Assembly: GCA_035497315.1 (NCBI GenBank)
Contig: DATJDU010000097.1
Coordinates: 13,548-77,547, forward strand
Direction: 5' to 3'
Source of the DNA: Sphingomonadaceae bacterium
GTDB lineage: Bacteria > Pseudomonadota > Alphaproteobacteria > Sphingomonadales > Sphingomonadaceae
Length of the DNA: 64,000 nt
A program made the translations under genes and the position numbers. The stretch's first letter is position 1. Every line of letters begins with the position of its first letter. A model generated the notes under the pieces. That model saw only the letters and a program-made list of their open reading frames with translations, ran no database searches and was not told the origin of the DNA. Positions 1 through 15,021 of this stretch are shown one piece after another.

Positions 1-446
<446 letters not shown>

Positions 447-523
447 GCCCGGCGGCCCTGCCTTCACCAGGCAGGGCCCCGCCGCTTCGCACCAGAGATT
501 GACCCTGCAGAGGGACTGAAGAC

Positions 524-4843
<4,320 letters not shown>

Positions 4844-4886
4844 GCCTCACCCGCCTTCGCGCCCCTTCACCCGGGCACATGAATTA

Positions 4887-4915
4887 CCCCGCCGGAGCGA
4901 TCCGGCGGGGTTTTT
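4887..4915 (+). terminator. Rho-independent terminator after rpoC
   Basis: CCCCGCCGGA-GCGA-TCCGGCGGGG perfect 10-bp stem followed by TTTTT. Confidence 0.75.
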
Positions 4916-4981
4916 CGTAAGGTCAGCTATTGTCAGGGGTTGGGCGCAGCCTCGCGCTGGGCGGGCGACACCCTTCGTAAC

Positions 4982-6583
4982 TTAGCTCTTCTTCTGCTTC
5001 TTCCTCGCCTTGATTTCTTCGGGCGAGGGGATCACCTGGCTCAGTTCCGCGATAACGTCATCCGCTGCCAGATAGCGTTCGGCGCGCACATCCGGTTCGT
5101 CCGGATCGACGAAGCGGACGTAGGCGCTCGTAAGTGGGATGTAATAGCCGTTGTTCCTGGTGGGCAGGGTGAGCAACATCGTGAAGCCCTTCTTGCCGGC
5201 GGCCTTGGCTTGCAAGGCCGAGTGCAGCACGATGGAATCGATTGTCACCAGCGGGTTGCCGAAGGCACTGATCCGCCACAGGCCGTTATCCTTGAGGGGC
5301 GTGGCTCCCATCATTTTCGATTTGGTGACGCGCCAGGTGTCTTTCGAGCGACCTTCGAATTCGCCGATCTTGGCATAGGGCCAGACCAGGGCGAACAAGG
5401 TGTTGTTATCCGTATCCTTCTTCAACTTAACCGCCATTGCGGCGTCGCGGCGGTCCTTCCACAATTCTTCAGGAGTGCGGGCCAGCATGCCGGTCAGTTC
5501 TTCCGCCGGGGCACCTTCGCGCAGGATGCGGTTGGCTTCCATCACCGCGCCAAGGCCCGGCTCGCTCCATTGCGAGCGGGCCCCGAAATTGCGTCGCGCC
5601 TGCACAATATTGCCATCGTGGGCGAGCCGCAGGATGTCATACAGGTCGAGCAGTTCCACCGTTTGCGGAGCGTTTTCCTCCGGCACCCCGCGCGTGCGCC
5701 GGTCTGCCATGTTGCTGCGTGCGAATTCGGCGCGCTTGGCAGCCTGTTCCCAGTTTCCGGCCAGAGCGTGGCCAAGCGCGGTCCCGGCGTAGGACAGCGA
5801 TCCGGCCTCCTTCGGCTTCAGTTCCTCCAGCGTGCTCAGCAGCGCCTCGCGTTTCGCCGCGGCTTCGGCAAAGTGGCCCTGTTCCTCCAATATCTCGGCA
5901 TAGCCGGCCAGCTGGAAGGGCAGGATGCGCGCGACGTTTTCCATCGCTGCCGTCGCCTCGGGCAAGCTTTCCCGCCTGAATTCGGAATATGTGCTGGCAG
6001 TGAGCAGCGGAATGAAGCTGAAGGCCAGACCATTGGCCCGCCTGAGCGAGGCTCGCTGCGCCCCGGCCACATCGTCCAGCCGCAAGAGGGCTTCGGCTTC
6101 GATATTGTCGAAAGAAAAGCCCATCGAGCGATCGAAATAGGGGTTGCCCACCAGGCCCAGGGCGGTTGCCTCTTCGCGCGCCTTGGCGACATCGCCCAGC
6201 GCTGCCTGATAGTCCTTCGCTTCGATCCGGTGAATAGCGCGGGCAAGGATCAGTGGAATGCGGCGCAGGCCATTGCCTTCGGGTTTCGCCCCGTCGATCA
6301 GCTGGGTGCAGGCATCGACGCCGGCTTCCCCGAACAGCCGCTTCGAGGAATCGGGTGCTTCGGGCGATTTGGCAAAGATGCCCAGCAGGGTCACGGCACC
6401 CAGAATCCGGGCGAAGCTCTCCCCGTCGCTCATGTTGTTGGGCTTGCCGTCGCAGCGCAGATAGAGCGAGCCGAGCTTCTTTTCCTGTTCCTTCGCTGCC
6501 AGTTTCTCGGCGTCCGTTTCAGCAGCCAGCGGTCCGTGTGCTGCCAGCGCAGCAGCAGCTGCGGCGAGAAAAATCTTCTTCAT
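4982..6583 (-). CDS. Secreted hypothetical protein (helical/TPR-like N-terminal part, unknown C-terminal domain)
   Basis: 533-aa ORF with a clear signal peptide MKKIFLAAAAAALAAHGPLAAE and coding-like composition. I recognise no family. Confidence 0.7.
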   Translation of the reverse strand: MKKIFLAAAAAALAAHGPLAAETDAEKLAAKEQEKKLGSLYLRCDGKPNNMSDGESFARILGAVTLLGIFAKSPEAPDSSKRLFGEAGVDACTQLIDGAKPEGNGLRRIPLILARAIHRIEAKDYQAALGDVAKAREEATALGLVGNPYFDRSMGFSFDNIEAEALLRLDDVAGAQRASLRRANGLAFSFIPLLTASTYSEFRRESLPEATAAMENVARILPFQLAGYAEILEEQGHFAEAAAKREALLSTLEELKPKEAGSLSYAGTALGHALAGNWEQAAKRAEFARSNMADRRTRGVPEENAPQTVELLDLYDILRLAHDGNIVQARRNFGARSQWSEPGLGAVMEANRILREGAPAEELTGMLARTPEELWKDRRDAAMAVKLKKDTDNNTLFALVWPYAKIGEFEGRSKDTWRVTKSKMMGATPLKDNGLWRISAFGNPLVTIDSIVLHSALQAKAAGKKGFTMLLTLPTRNNGYYIPLTSAYVRFVDPDEPDVRAERYLAADDVIAELSQVIPSPEEIKARKKQKKS

Positions 6584-6755
6584 TCTTCGATGCCCCCGAA
6601 GCGGGCCCCCACGCCCGCAATGAAACTGCTAAAAGATTGCGCAAATGATGTGCAAGCCCGGATTCGCCCGTTTCAGAACCAATCTGACTCATGGCTTTGC
6701 CCCTTGACCGCAAAACCGGTTCCCTCTTGTCTTTCCGATGGGCTAGAGCTTCCCC

Positions 6756-8411
6756 ATGGCCGATACTCTTTCCATCACGCTCGCCCAGCTCAACCAGAAT
6801 GTGGGCGATATTTCCGGCAATACCGAGTCCATGCTCAAGGTGCGGGCGGAGGCGGGGAAGACGGATCTTGTCGTGTTCCCGGAGATGCATCTGATTGGCT
6901 ATCCGCCGGAGGATCTGATCCTGAAGCCCGCCCTGATCGAGCGTGCGGCGGCGGAGCTGGAGCGGCTGGCCCTGTGCACCGGCGATGGCGGTCCGGCGAT
7001 GCTGGTGGGCAGTGTGTTCGTGCGCGACGGGGCGCTGCATAATGGGGTGGCGCTGCTCGATGGCGGGCGGGTCACGGCCACGCGCTTCAAGCATGAGCTG
7101 CCCAATTACGGCACTTTCGACGAGATGCGCTATTTCACTCCCGGCCCCTTGCCGGAGCCGGTGCTGTTCCGCGGTGCGATGCTGGGCCTGCCGATCTGCG
7201 AGGATATCTGGCACCCCGACGTATGCCGCCATCTGGCCGATTTCGGCGCGGGCCTGTTCATCTGCGTGAACGGCAGCCCCTACGAGATCGACAAGGACGT
7301 GCTGCGCATCGACGAGATCGCCCGCCGCCGCGCGGTCGATACGGGCATCCCCATGGCCTATCTCAATCGCGTGGGCGGGCAGGACGAGCTGGTGTTCGAC
7401 GGGGCGAGCTTCGTCATCAACGGCGATGGGTCGCTGGCCGTGCAGATGCGCGACTGGGAAGAACAGGTCGTCGAGACGAAATGGACCAAGGTCGCGCGCG
7501 GGTGGAACTGCAACCGGGGCGAGCTTGAAGGGCTGAGCGACCATGCGGAAGAGACCTGGTGCGCCATGGTTCTGGCCCTGCGCGATTATGTGAACAAGAA
7601 CCGCTTCCCCGGTGTGGTGCTGGGCCTTTCCGGCGGGATCGATTCCGCCGTCTGCGCCGCCATCGCGGTGGATGCGCTGGGGCCGGAACGGGTGTGGTGC
7701 GTGATGCTGCCCAGCCGCTTCACCAGCCAGGAAAGCCTGGACGATGCGAAGGCCTGCGCAGAGGCGCTGGGCTGCCGCTATTCGATCATCCCGATCCAGC
7801 CGGCGGTGGAAGGCTTCGATGCCATGCTGGAAGACAGTTTTGCCGATACCAAGGTGGATATCACCGAGGAGAATTTGCAGTCGCGCATTCGCGGCGTGAC
7901 GCTGATGGCGCTCAGCAACAAATTCGGCCCGATGCTGGTGACCACCGGCAACAAGAGCGAGATGAGCGTGGGCTATGCCACGATCTATGGCGATATGGCG
8001 GGCGGATATAATCCGCTGAAGGATGCCTATAAGATGACCGTGTTCGGCGTCGCCAAATGGCGCAACACGGGCGTGCCGCGCATCGGGCTGGGCCCGGCGG
8101 GCGAAGTGATCCCGCAGCGCATCATCGACAAGCCGCCCAGCGCGGAACTGCGCCCCGACCAGAAGGATGAGGATTCGCTGCCTCCCTATCCGGTGCTGGA
8201 CCGCATCCTGATGGGACTGGTGGAGCATGAGAAGAGCGTGGACCAGCTCGCCGCCGAAGGGCTGGATCGCGCCACGGTGGAGCGGATCGAGCATCTGCTG
8301 AACCTGGCGGAATACAAGCGCCGCCAGGCCCCGCCGGGCGTGAAGCTGGGCATGCGCAATTTCGGGCGTGACCGGCGCTATCCGATCACGCACAGCTTTC
8401 GCAGCAAATGA
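6756..8411 (+). CDS. nadE: Glutamine-dependent NAD+ synthetase (nitrilase-like domain plus NAD synthetase domain)
   Basis: 551 aa. The N-terminal CN-hydrolase region (FPEMHLIGYPPEDL, ICEDIW) is followed by the ATP-PPase motif GLSGGIDSAV. Confidence 0.93.
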   Translation: MADTLSITLAQLNQNVGDISGNTESMLKVRAEAGKTDLVVFPEMHLIGYPPEDLILKPALIERAAAELERLALCTGDGGPAMLVGSVFVRDGALHNGVALLDGGRVTATRFKHELPNYGTFDEMRYFTPGPLPEPVLFRGAMLGLPICEDIWHPDVCRHLADFGAGLFICVNGSPYEIDKDVLRIDEIARRRAVDTGIPMAYLNRVGGQDELVFDGASFVINGDGSLAVQMRDWEEQVVETKWTKVARGWNCNRGELEGLSDHAEETWCAMVLALRDYVNKNRFPGVVLGLSGGIDSAVCAAIAVDALGPERVWCVMLPSRFTSQESLDDAKACAEALGCRYSIIPIQPAVEGFDAMLEDSFADTKVDITEENLQSRIRGVTLMALSNKFGPMLVTTGNKSEMSVGYATIYGDMAGGYNPLKDAYKMTVFGVAKWRNTGVPRIGLGPAGEVIPQRIIDKPPSAELRPDQKDEDSLPPYPVLDRILMGLVEHEKSVDQLAAEGLDRATVERIEHLLNLAEYKRRQAPPGVKLGMRNFGRDRRYPITHSFRSK

Positions 8412-8442
8412 CAAAGCTGGGCCGAACCGCTAACGGCGCTGC

Positions 8443-9774
8443 ATGAGCACCGTCACCCGTTTCGCCCCATCGCCCACCGGGCGCCTGCATGTCGGCAATA
8501 TCCGCACTGCGCTCCATAACTGGATGCTCGCGAAAAAGGCCGGCGGGCGCTTCCTGCTGCGGATCGACGATACCGACCGGGAACGCAGCAAGGAAGAATA
8601 TGTCGAGGCGATCCGCGCCGATCTGGCGTGGCTGGGGCTGGAGCCGGAGGCCGAGGCGCGCCAGTCCGAACGCTTCCCGCTCTATCAGATGCAGCTCGAA
8701 TATCTGCTGAGCGAAGGCCGGCTCTATCGCTGCTATGAAACCGCGCAGGAACTGGAGCTGAAGCGCAAGGTGCTGCTGGGGCGCGGGCTGCCGCCGATCT
8801 ATGACCGGGCGGGGCTGGCGCTGACCGAAGCGGAGCACAAGGATTTCGCGGCACGGGGCATTGCCCCGCACTGGCGCTTCAAGCTGGACCATTCCGCGCC
8901 GATCGAATGGGAAGACGGCATTCGCGGGCACCAGCATTTCGACCCGGCCCAGCTTTCCGACCCGGTGGTGCGCCGGGCGGACGGATCGTGGCTCTATATG
9001 CTGCCCAGCGCGATCGACGATATCGAGATGGGCGTGACCGATGTTTTGCGCGGGGAGGATCATGTCTCCAACACCGCGCTGCAGATCCAGATGTTCACGG
9101 CGCTGGGGGCCCGCCCGCCGCGCTTTGCCCATGAGGCGCTGCTGGTGGGGAGCGAGGGCAAATTGTCCAAGCGCCTGGGCTCGCTGGGGGCGGATGCCTT
9201 CCGCGAGCGGGGGATCGAACCTGCCGCGCTGGTGGCTTTGCTCGCGCGGCTGGGCACCTCGCAGCCGGTGGAGCCGATTGCCGACCGCGTCGCGCTGGTC
9301 GCGAGCTTCGACCTTTCCACTTTCGGCCGCGCCCCTGCCCGTTTCGACGAGACGGAGCTGGAGCGGATCAATGCCGGCATCGTCCACCAGCTCACCTTTG
9401 CCGAAGTGCAGCACCGCCTGCCTGTGGGCATGGGCGAGGGAGGCTGGCTCGCCATCCGCCCGAACCTTGCCCATCTGGGCGAGGCGGCGGATTGGTGGCA
9501 GGTCGTCACCGGGCCGGTCGAGGCGGCGGAATTTTCGGAAGAGGACAGGGCCTTCCTGGCCGAAGCCGCTCGCCTGCTGGCGTGGAGCGAGGACCCGTGG
9601 CCTGCGCTGACAGGGGCGTTGAAGGAAGCGACCGGGCGCAAGGGCAAGCCCCTGTTCCATCCCCTGCGCCTCGCGCTGACGGGTCGGGATTCCGGGCCGG
9701 ACATGAAGGCGCTGCTGCCCCTGATCGGGGAGGCCGAAGCGCGGGCGAGGCTGGAGCGGGCCGCGCAGGGGTGA
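8443..9774 (+). CDS. gltX: Glutamate--tRNA ligase
   Basis: N-terminus VTRFAPSPTGRLHVGNIRTAL (HIGH-type motif), KLSKR (KMSKS-type motif), 443 aa. Confidence 0.9.
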   Translation: MSTVTRFAPSPTGRLHVGNIRTALHNWMLAKKAGGRFLLRIDDTDRERSKEEYVEAIRADLAWLGLEPEAEARQSERFPLYQMQLEYLLSEGRLYRCYETAQELELKRKVLLGRGLPPIYDRAGLALTEAEHKDFAARGIAPHWRFKLDHSAPIEWEDGIRGHQHFDPAQLSDPVVRRADGSWLYMLPSAIDDIEMGVTDVLRGEDHVSNTALQIQMFTALGARPPRFAHEALLVGSEGKLSKRLGSLGADAFRERGIEPAALVALLARLGTSQPVEPIADRVALVASFDLSTFGRAPARFDETELERINAGIVHQLTFAEVQHRLPVGMGEGGWLAIRPNLAHLGEAADWWQVVTGPVEAAEFSEEDRAFLAEAARLLAWSEDPWPALTGALKEATGRKGKPLFHPLRLALTGRDSGPDMKALLPLIGEAEARARLERAAQG

Positions 9775-9788
9775 GGCGGTAAGGCACC

Positions 9789-10583
9789 ATGCCAGGTATC
9801 GTCCAGTTCGGGCCACTGGTGATGGCCAGCGACCGGCTGCTGGCGCTCGCGCTGATCATGGCGTTCCTGTTCGGCCTCGATCGGATCGCCCTGCGCCATG
9901 GCCTGCCCGCGAAGACCGGCGGGATCGCGCTGGCGGCGGGGCTTGTCTCCGCGCGGCTGGCCTATGTCCTCACCCATTACGATGCCTTCGCGCAGGATTG
10001 GGGCGCGGCCTTCGCCTTCTGGCAGGGCGGGTTCACAGGCTGGGCCGGGTTTCTCGGCGCAGCGGCGGTGGTTGCATGGCGGGTGAAATCGCGCGCCGCC
10101 GCGCTGCCTTCGCTGGGAATGCTGGCGGCCATCGCCGCCCTGTGGTTCGGCGGATCGGCCCTGCTGCGCCCGTCGCCAGGGCCGATGCCCGAACTGCCGC
10201 AAATGCTGGACCTTCAGGGTAAGGCGTTCGACCCAGGCCAGCTTGCGGGCAGGCCCTATGTTGTCAACCTCTGGGCCACATGGTGTCCGCCCTGCCGCCG
10301 CGAATTGCCGATGCTGGCGCAGGAGGCCGGGCGGGCGGGCGTGCCGATCCTGCTGGTCAGCCAGGGCGAGGATGCGCGTATCGTGCGCACATTTCTGGAG
10401 CGGGAAGGGATCGCGGGCAGCGCCGTCCTGCTGGATCGCGCTTCCGGCCTGTCGCGCGCGCTGGGCAGCACGGCCTTGCCTACTACCCTGTTCGTGGACC
10501 GGCAGGGCAGGATCGTGGAAACGCAGATCGGCGAACTCTCCCGCGCGGCGCTGGCCGATGGGATCGCGTCGATCGAGGAATGA
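9789..10583 (+). CDS. TlpA-family thiol:disulfide oxidoreductase with N-terminal multi-pass membrane domain
   Basis: Thioredoxin-fold motif WATWCPPCRRELP in the C-terminal half, with hydrophobic helices in the first ~130 aa. Confidence 0.8.
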   Translation: MPGIVQFGPLVMASDRLLALALIMAFLFGLDRIALRHGLPAKTGGIALAAGLVSARLAYVLTHYDAFAQDWGAAFAFWQGGFTGWAGFLGAAAVVAWRVKSRAAALPSLGMLAAIAALWFGGSALLRPSPGPMPELPQMLDLQGKAFDPGQLAGRPYVVNLWATWCPPCRRELPMLAQEAGRAGVPILLVSQGEDARIVRTFLEREGIAGSAVLLDRASGLSRALGSTALPTTLFVDRQGRIVETQIGELSRAALADGIASIEE

Positions 10584-10789
10584 GCGCCGGCAGCGCGAAA
10601 GACTTTCCTACATCGCCCCTGTCTGAAACAAGCGCGCCGGCTCTTTCGCATAGTCGGTTTCCCGCTTGCATGGCGGATGGGCACGCCGCCGCGCGAAAAG
10701 TCACATCCGCACGCCGCCGGTCAGCAATAGCCTGCTGAAAACACCCGAAAAATCCCGCAATCCGAAAAAGTTTCGCGGGCCTTTCAGTG

Positions 10790-12268
10790 TCAGCTTTCCG
10801 CCGTGTGCCGGTCCAGCTCGTCGCCGGTCAGGCGCACCACATGCAGCAGGTTGGTGGAGCCGGGCGTGCCGAAGGGAACGCCGGCCAGCATCACCAGCCG
10901 CGATCCGGCCTCGCCCATACCGTGGCGCAGGGCCATGCGCTTGCCCTTGGCCACCATTTCCTCGAAGCTGCCGATGTCGCGCGTGGTCACGGCATGGGCG
11001 CCCCACAACAGCCCTACACGCCGCGCCGTCTTGAGCGAGGGGGTGAGCACCATAACCGGCACGGAAGGCCGTTCGCGCGCCACGCGGCGGGCGGTGGAGC
11101 CCGATCCGGTGAACACCACCACGGCAGAGATCGGCATGGTCTCGGCAATGCTCATGCAGGCGTGGGACAGCGCGTCGGCCGTGGTCGGATCGGGGCGCGT
11201 TTCGTGCATGCGGATACGCGAGCGATAGCTGGCATCGCCTTCGATCTTGGCGGCAATGCGGTCCATCATCGACACGGCTTCTTCCGGCCACTGGCCTGCC
11301 GCAGTCTCGGCCGAGAGCATCACCGCATCCGCCCCGTCATAGACGGCATTGGCCACGTCCGACACTTCGGCACGGGTCGGGGTGGGGCTTTCGATCATGG
11401 ATTCGAGCATCTGGGTCGCCACGATCACCGGCTTGCCCTGATTGCGCGCGCAATTGACGATCTGTTTCTGCAGCGGGGGCACGTCCTCGGGGTTGAGTTC
11501 CACGCCCAGATCGCCGCGCGCCACCATCACTGCGTCGGCCAGTTCGATGATCTCGTCCAGCCGGTCGATCGCAGCGGGCTTTTCGATCTTGGCGCATAAT
11601 GCGCCATAGCCGCCCATCAGCTTCCTCGCCTCGGCCACATCCTCGGGCCGCTGGACGAAGGAGAGGGCGATCCAGTCCGCCCCGTGCCTGATCGCGAAGG
11701 CCAGGTCCTTGCGGTCCTTCTCGGTCAGGGCGGGCACGGGCACCACCGCATCGGGCACGTTCACGCCCTTGCGGTCGGAAATCACGCCGCCCACTTCGGC
11801 GCTGGTGAGTATCTCGTTTTCGTCGGCCCGGATCACACGCAGGCGGATCTTGCCATCGTCGATCAGCAGGCGCTGGCCCTTTTCGAGGACGCCGAACAAT
11901 TCCGGATGCGGCAGGCAGACGCGGTTCTCGTCGCCCGGCTCGGGATTGCGGTCCAGCGTGAAGTGGCTGCCATGTCGGATCACCACCCGGTCGCCCTTGC
12001 GGAAGGTGCCTACGCGCAGTTTGGGGCCCTGCAGATCGCACAATATGGCGATGGGATGGGCCAGTTCCTTTTCCAGCGTGCGGATCGCCTTGATCGTTTC
12101 CTCATGCGTGGCATGATCGCCATGGCTCATATTCACGCGGAACGCGTCCGCGCCTGCCAGCACCAGACGCCGGAGCATCTCCGGCTCGCGGCTCGCAGGG
12201 CCGATGGTGGCCAGGATCTTGACCTTGCGGTTGCGCCGCTTGAGCTTGGGCTGTTCGAACTTTGCCAT
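10790..12268 (-). CDS. pyk: Pyruvate kinase
   Basis: KILATIGPASREPEMLRRLVLAGADAFRVNMSHGDH and MVARGDLGVE motifs, 492 aa. Confidence 0.93.
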   Translation of the reverse strand: MAKFEQPKLKRRNRKVKILATIGPASREPEMLRRLVLAGADAFRVNMSHGDHATHEETIKAIRTLEKELAHPIAILCDLQGPKLRVGTFRKGDRVVIRHGSHFTLDRNPEPGDENRVCLPHPELFGVLEKGQRLLIDDGKIRLRVIRADENEILTSAEVGGVISDRKGVNVPDAVVPVPALTEKDRKDLAFAIRHGADWIALSFVQRPEDVAEARKLMGGYGALCAKIEKPAAIDRLDEIIELADAVMVARGDLGVELNPEDVPPLQKQIVNCARNQGKPVIVATQMLESMIESPTPTRAEVSDVANAVYDGADAVMLSAETAAGQWPEEAVSMMDRIAAKIEGDASYRSRIRMHETRPDPTTADALSHACMSIAETMPISAVVVFTGSGSTARRVARERPSVPVMVLTPSLKTARRVGLLWGAHAVTTRDIGSFEEMVAKGKRMALRHGMGEAGSRLVMLAGVPFGTPGSTNLLHVVRLTGDELDRHTAES

Positions 12269-12328
12269 GGGAACGTGCCTATGTCAGAGGCACCTGACAT
12301 TACAACTACAGCTTTGCGGGAAATATTG

Positions 12329-12643
12329 ATGACCGACGCATCCGATCCCCTAGACACTCTGCCCGACGATGTCGCCGCCGCCGCCTTTCGCCGGCTGGTA
12401 CGCCATTTGCGCAAGCGCCACGATGCGCAGAACATCGACCTGATGGGGCTGGCGGGCTTCTGCCGCAATTGCCTGGCCGACTGGATCAACGATGCCGGGG
12501 CAGGGCTTTCCAAGCCCGACGCCCGCGCCCTGATCCACGGCATGCCGATGGAGGAATGGAAGGCGAAATACCAGACCGAGGCCACGCCCGAGCAGATGGC
12601 CCGGATGGAAGAAAGCCTGAAGCGCAACGGCGGGGTGCATTAG
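12329..12643 (+). CDS. DUF1244 domain protein
   Basis: FRRLVRHLRKRHDAQNIDLMGLAGFCRNCLADW...MPMEEWKAKYQTEATPEQ is the typical DUF1244 core. An alternative ATG at 12281 lies only 12 nt from the divergent pyk start, so 12329 is preferred. Confidence 0.7.
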   Translation: MTDASDPLDTLPDDVAAAAFRRLVRHLRKRHDAQNIDLMGLAGFCRNCLADWINDAGAGLSKPDARALIHGMPMEEWKAKYQTEATPEQMARMEESLKRNGGVH

Positions 12644-12766
12644 TTCACGACCCAATTCCCCGGTCCTTCCCATTCTGGGGAGGAACTTGCCGCCCGGCCT
12701 TCACCCCCCCGGCGCCGCCCGCTATCAGCGCGCCAACCGATTCTCATTCCAACGGAGCCCACACAG

Positions 12767-13003
12767 ATGGCCGAAACCACCGATGACCGCCTGCGCCTGC
12801 TGATCGAACGCGTCGAACGCCTCGAAGAGGAAAAGAAGGGCATCGCCGACGATATTCGCGACGTCTATGCCGAGGCGAAGGCTGTGGGCTATGACGCCAA
12901 GATCATGCGCCAGATCGTGCGCCTGCGTAAGATGTCGCCCGACGACCGGGCCGAGATGGAAGCCATCCTCGATACCTACAAGGCCGCGCTCGGCATCGGC
13001 TAA
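12767..13003 (+). CDS. gapR: DUF2312/GapR-like nucleoid-associated protein
   Basis: 78 aa. [49 protein letters not shown] is the conserved DUF2312 (UPF0335) coiled-coil sequence, the family of Caulobacter GapR. Confidence 0.85.
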   Translation: MAETTDDRLRLLIERVERLEEEKKGIADDIRDVYAEAKAVGYDAKIMRQIVRLRKMSPDDRAEMEAILDTYKAALGIG

Positions 13004-13010
13004 ATGCGTC

Positions 13011-13721
13011 TCAGCTAGCCAACAGCGCCACTGTCAGGGCGGCGCTGTTGGACAGGGCGTGGGCCAGGATCGAGCCGATAAGGCCAATCCGCATCCTGAT
13101 GAAGCCCAGCATCAGCCCGGCCCAGAGCTGCGGCAGCACCAGCGGCAGGGCCAGTGCCGAAAAGCTGGGATAATTGGCCATGTGCACCAGCGCGAAGCCG
13201 GCAGCGGTCAGATAGAAGATCGGTACGAAACCCATATCGAACCAGGGCGGGGTGCCCTTCTTCCTCAGCAGGAACCAGCCGATCGGCGCGGCCAGCAGCA
13301 GGCCGATGAAGCCTGCCCCTGCGGCCAGCGGGCTGAGCCCCTGGGTGCTGCCATAGAGCAATGCGGCGCAGGCCAGCGCGCAGAACAGCAGCCACAGCGC
13401 CCTTACCCGGCCGGTCAGCCAGCCGCGAAACAGCATTTCCTCCAGCACCGGGGCGACCAGTACCACGATGGGGATCATCAGCCGGGGCTCCAGCTTGCCG
13501 AAGGCATCGGGCGAGGGCAGTTCGAACAGGCTCTGCCACAGGCCCAGCACGGGCAGCAGGACCAGCAACAGCACCGCCACCATCAGCGCGGTCAGCACCG
13601 CCAGCCGCCGCAAGGTGCCGGGTGCGCGCAGGCCCTTGGGCTCCAGCCGGTGCGGGCGGCGCAGCCAGTCGAAGAACTCGCGCAGCATGGCGGCGGGCGG
13701 CGGGTAATTGGTGTCGATCAT
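13011..13721 (-). CDS. CPBP-family intramembrane glutamic endopeptidase (CAAX protease-like)
   Basis: Multi-pass membrane protein with the EEMLFRGWL and HALSN motifs typical of CPBP/Abi proteases. Confidence 0.8.
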   Translation of the reverse strand: MIDTNYPPPAAMLREFFDWLRRPHRLEPKGLRAPGTLRRLAVLTALMVAVLLLVLLPVLGLWQSLFELPSPDAFGKLEPRLMIPIVVLVAPVLEEMLFRGWLTGRVRALWLLFCALACAALLYGSTQGLSPLAAGAGFIGLLLAAPIGWFLLRKKGTPPWFDMGFVPIFYLTAAGFALVHMANYPSFSALALPLVLPQLWAGLMLGFIRMRIGLIGSILAHALSNSAALTVALLAS

Positions 13722-13849
13722 CGCATGTCCTGTGCCTGTGTGCCGGATAGCCTTGGCAGGCGCGCCAGTCGCGCTATCTTCCTCGCATCAATTGCACTTG
13801 GGAGTAAACAGACATGGCCGGCCCCTGGGATAGTTCGCGCGACGCAGGA

Positions 13850-14167
13850 ATGATTGTCACCACTACCGCTCTGGTAGAGGGGCGCCCCGTGAAGGAATAT
13901 CTGGGTATCGTGGCCGGCGAGGTGATCGTGGGCGCCAATATCTTCCGTGACCTGTTCGCCTCCATCACCGATATCGTCGGCGGGCGTTCCGGCAAATATG
14001 AGGAAGTGCTGAGCCGCGCGCGGGACGAGGCGATTGCGGAAATGAAGGGCCAGGCGATGGAACGCGGCGGCAATGCCGTGGTGGGGGTCGATCTCGATTA
14101 CGAGGTGCTGGGCTCCAATGGCTCGATGCTGATGGTCAGCGCCAGCGGTACGGCGGTGTTGCTCTGA
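13850..14167 (+). CDS. YbjQ/UPF0145 family protein
   Basis: [48 protein letters not shown] matches the YbjQ family. The start is set at the family-typical Met (the ORF-track start 13814 is also possible). Confidence 0.85.
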   Translation: MIVTTTALVEGRPVKEYLGIVAGEVIVGANIFRDLFASITDIVGGRSGKYEEVLSRARDEAIAEMKGQAMERGGNAVVGVDLDYEVLGSNGSMLMVSASGTAVLL

Positions 14168-14277
14168 CGATCATGTGACGCTGGTCCATTGCCCGGCGCG
14201 CCCCTGTAAGCTAGGAGCGCGCCCACACGGGATTCCGCCCGCCGGAGTCCGCTAGAACACAGATTTCCGGGGTTTCC

Positions 14278-15021
14278 ATGGCAGGCCATTCCAAATTCAA
14301 GAACATCATGCACCGCAAGGGCGCGCAGGATAAGAAGCGCTCGGCAATGTTTTCCAAGCTTTCGCGCGAAATTACCGTCGCGGCGAAGATGGGTATGGCC
14401 GATCCGGACATGAACCCGCGCCTGCGCGCCGCCGTCAACGCGGCCAAGGCGCAGTCCATGCCCAAGGACAATATCCAGCGCGCCATCGACAAGGCGACGA
14501 AGGGCGAAGGCGATAATTACGAGGAAGTCCGCTACGAAGGCTATGGCCCGGGCGGCGTTGCCCTGATCGTCGAGGCGCTGACCGACAATCGCAACCGCAC
14601 CGCCACCAATGTGCGCACGGCCTTCTCCAAGAATGGCGGCAATCTGGGCGCTTCGGGCGCGGTGAGCCACGGGTTCGAGCGGCTGGGCCTGATCGAATAT
14701 CCCGGCAAGGTGGGCGATGAGGAAAAGGTCCTCGAAGCCGCGATCGAAGCCGGTGCGGACGATGTCGAGAGCGACGAAGATAGCCACTCGATCTGGGTTT
14801 CGGTCGATTCGCTCCATGAAGTCGCGCGCGAACTGGAAAAGGTCCTGGGCGAGGCCGAGGGCGTGAAGCTGGGATGGAAGCCCAGCCTGAAGACCGATGT
14901 CGACGAAGGCACCGCTGCCACCCTGCTCAAGCTGATCGACACGCTGGACGATGATGACGACGTCCAGGCGGTGTGGGGCAATTACGAGATTTCGGACGAA
15001 GTGATGGAAAAGCTGGGCTGA
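14278..15021 (+). CDS. yebC: YebC/PmpR family DNA-binding transcriptional regulator
   Basis: [37 protein letters not shown]... is the canonical YebC N-terminus, 247 aa. Confidence 0.93.
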   Translation: MAGHSKFKNIMHRKGAQDKKRSAMFSKLSREITVAAKMGMADPDMNPRLRAAVNAAKAQSMPKDNIQRAIDKATKGEGDNYEEVRYEGYGPGGVALIVEALTDNRNRTATNVRTAFSKNGGNLGASGAVSHGFERLGLIEYPGKVGDEEKVLEAAIEAGADDVESDEDSHSIWVSVDSLHEVARELEKVLGEAEGVKLGWKPSLKTDVDEGTAATLLKLIDTLDDDDDVQAVWGNYEISDEVMEKLG

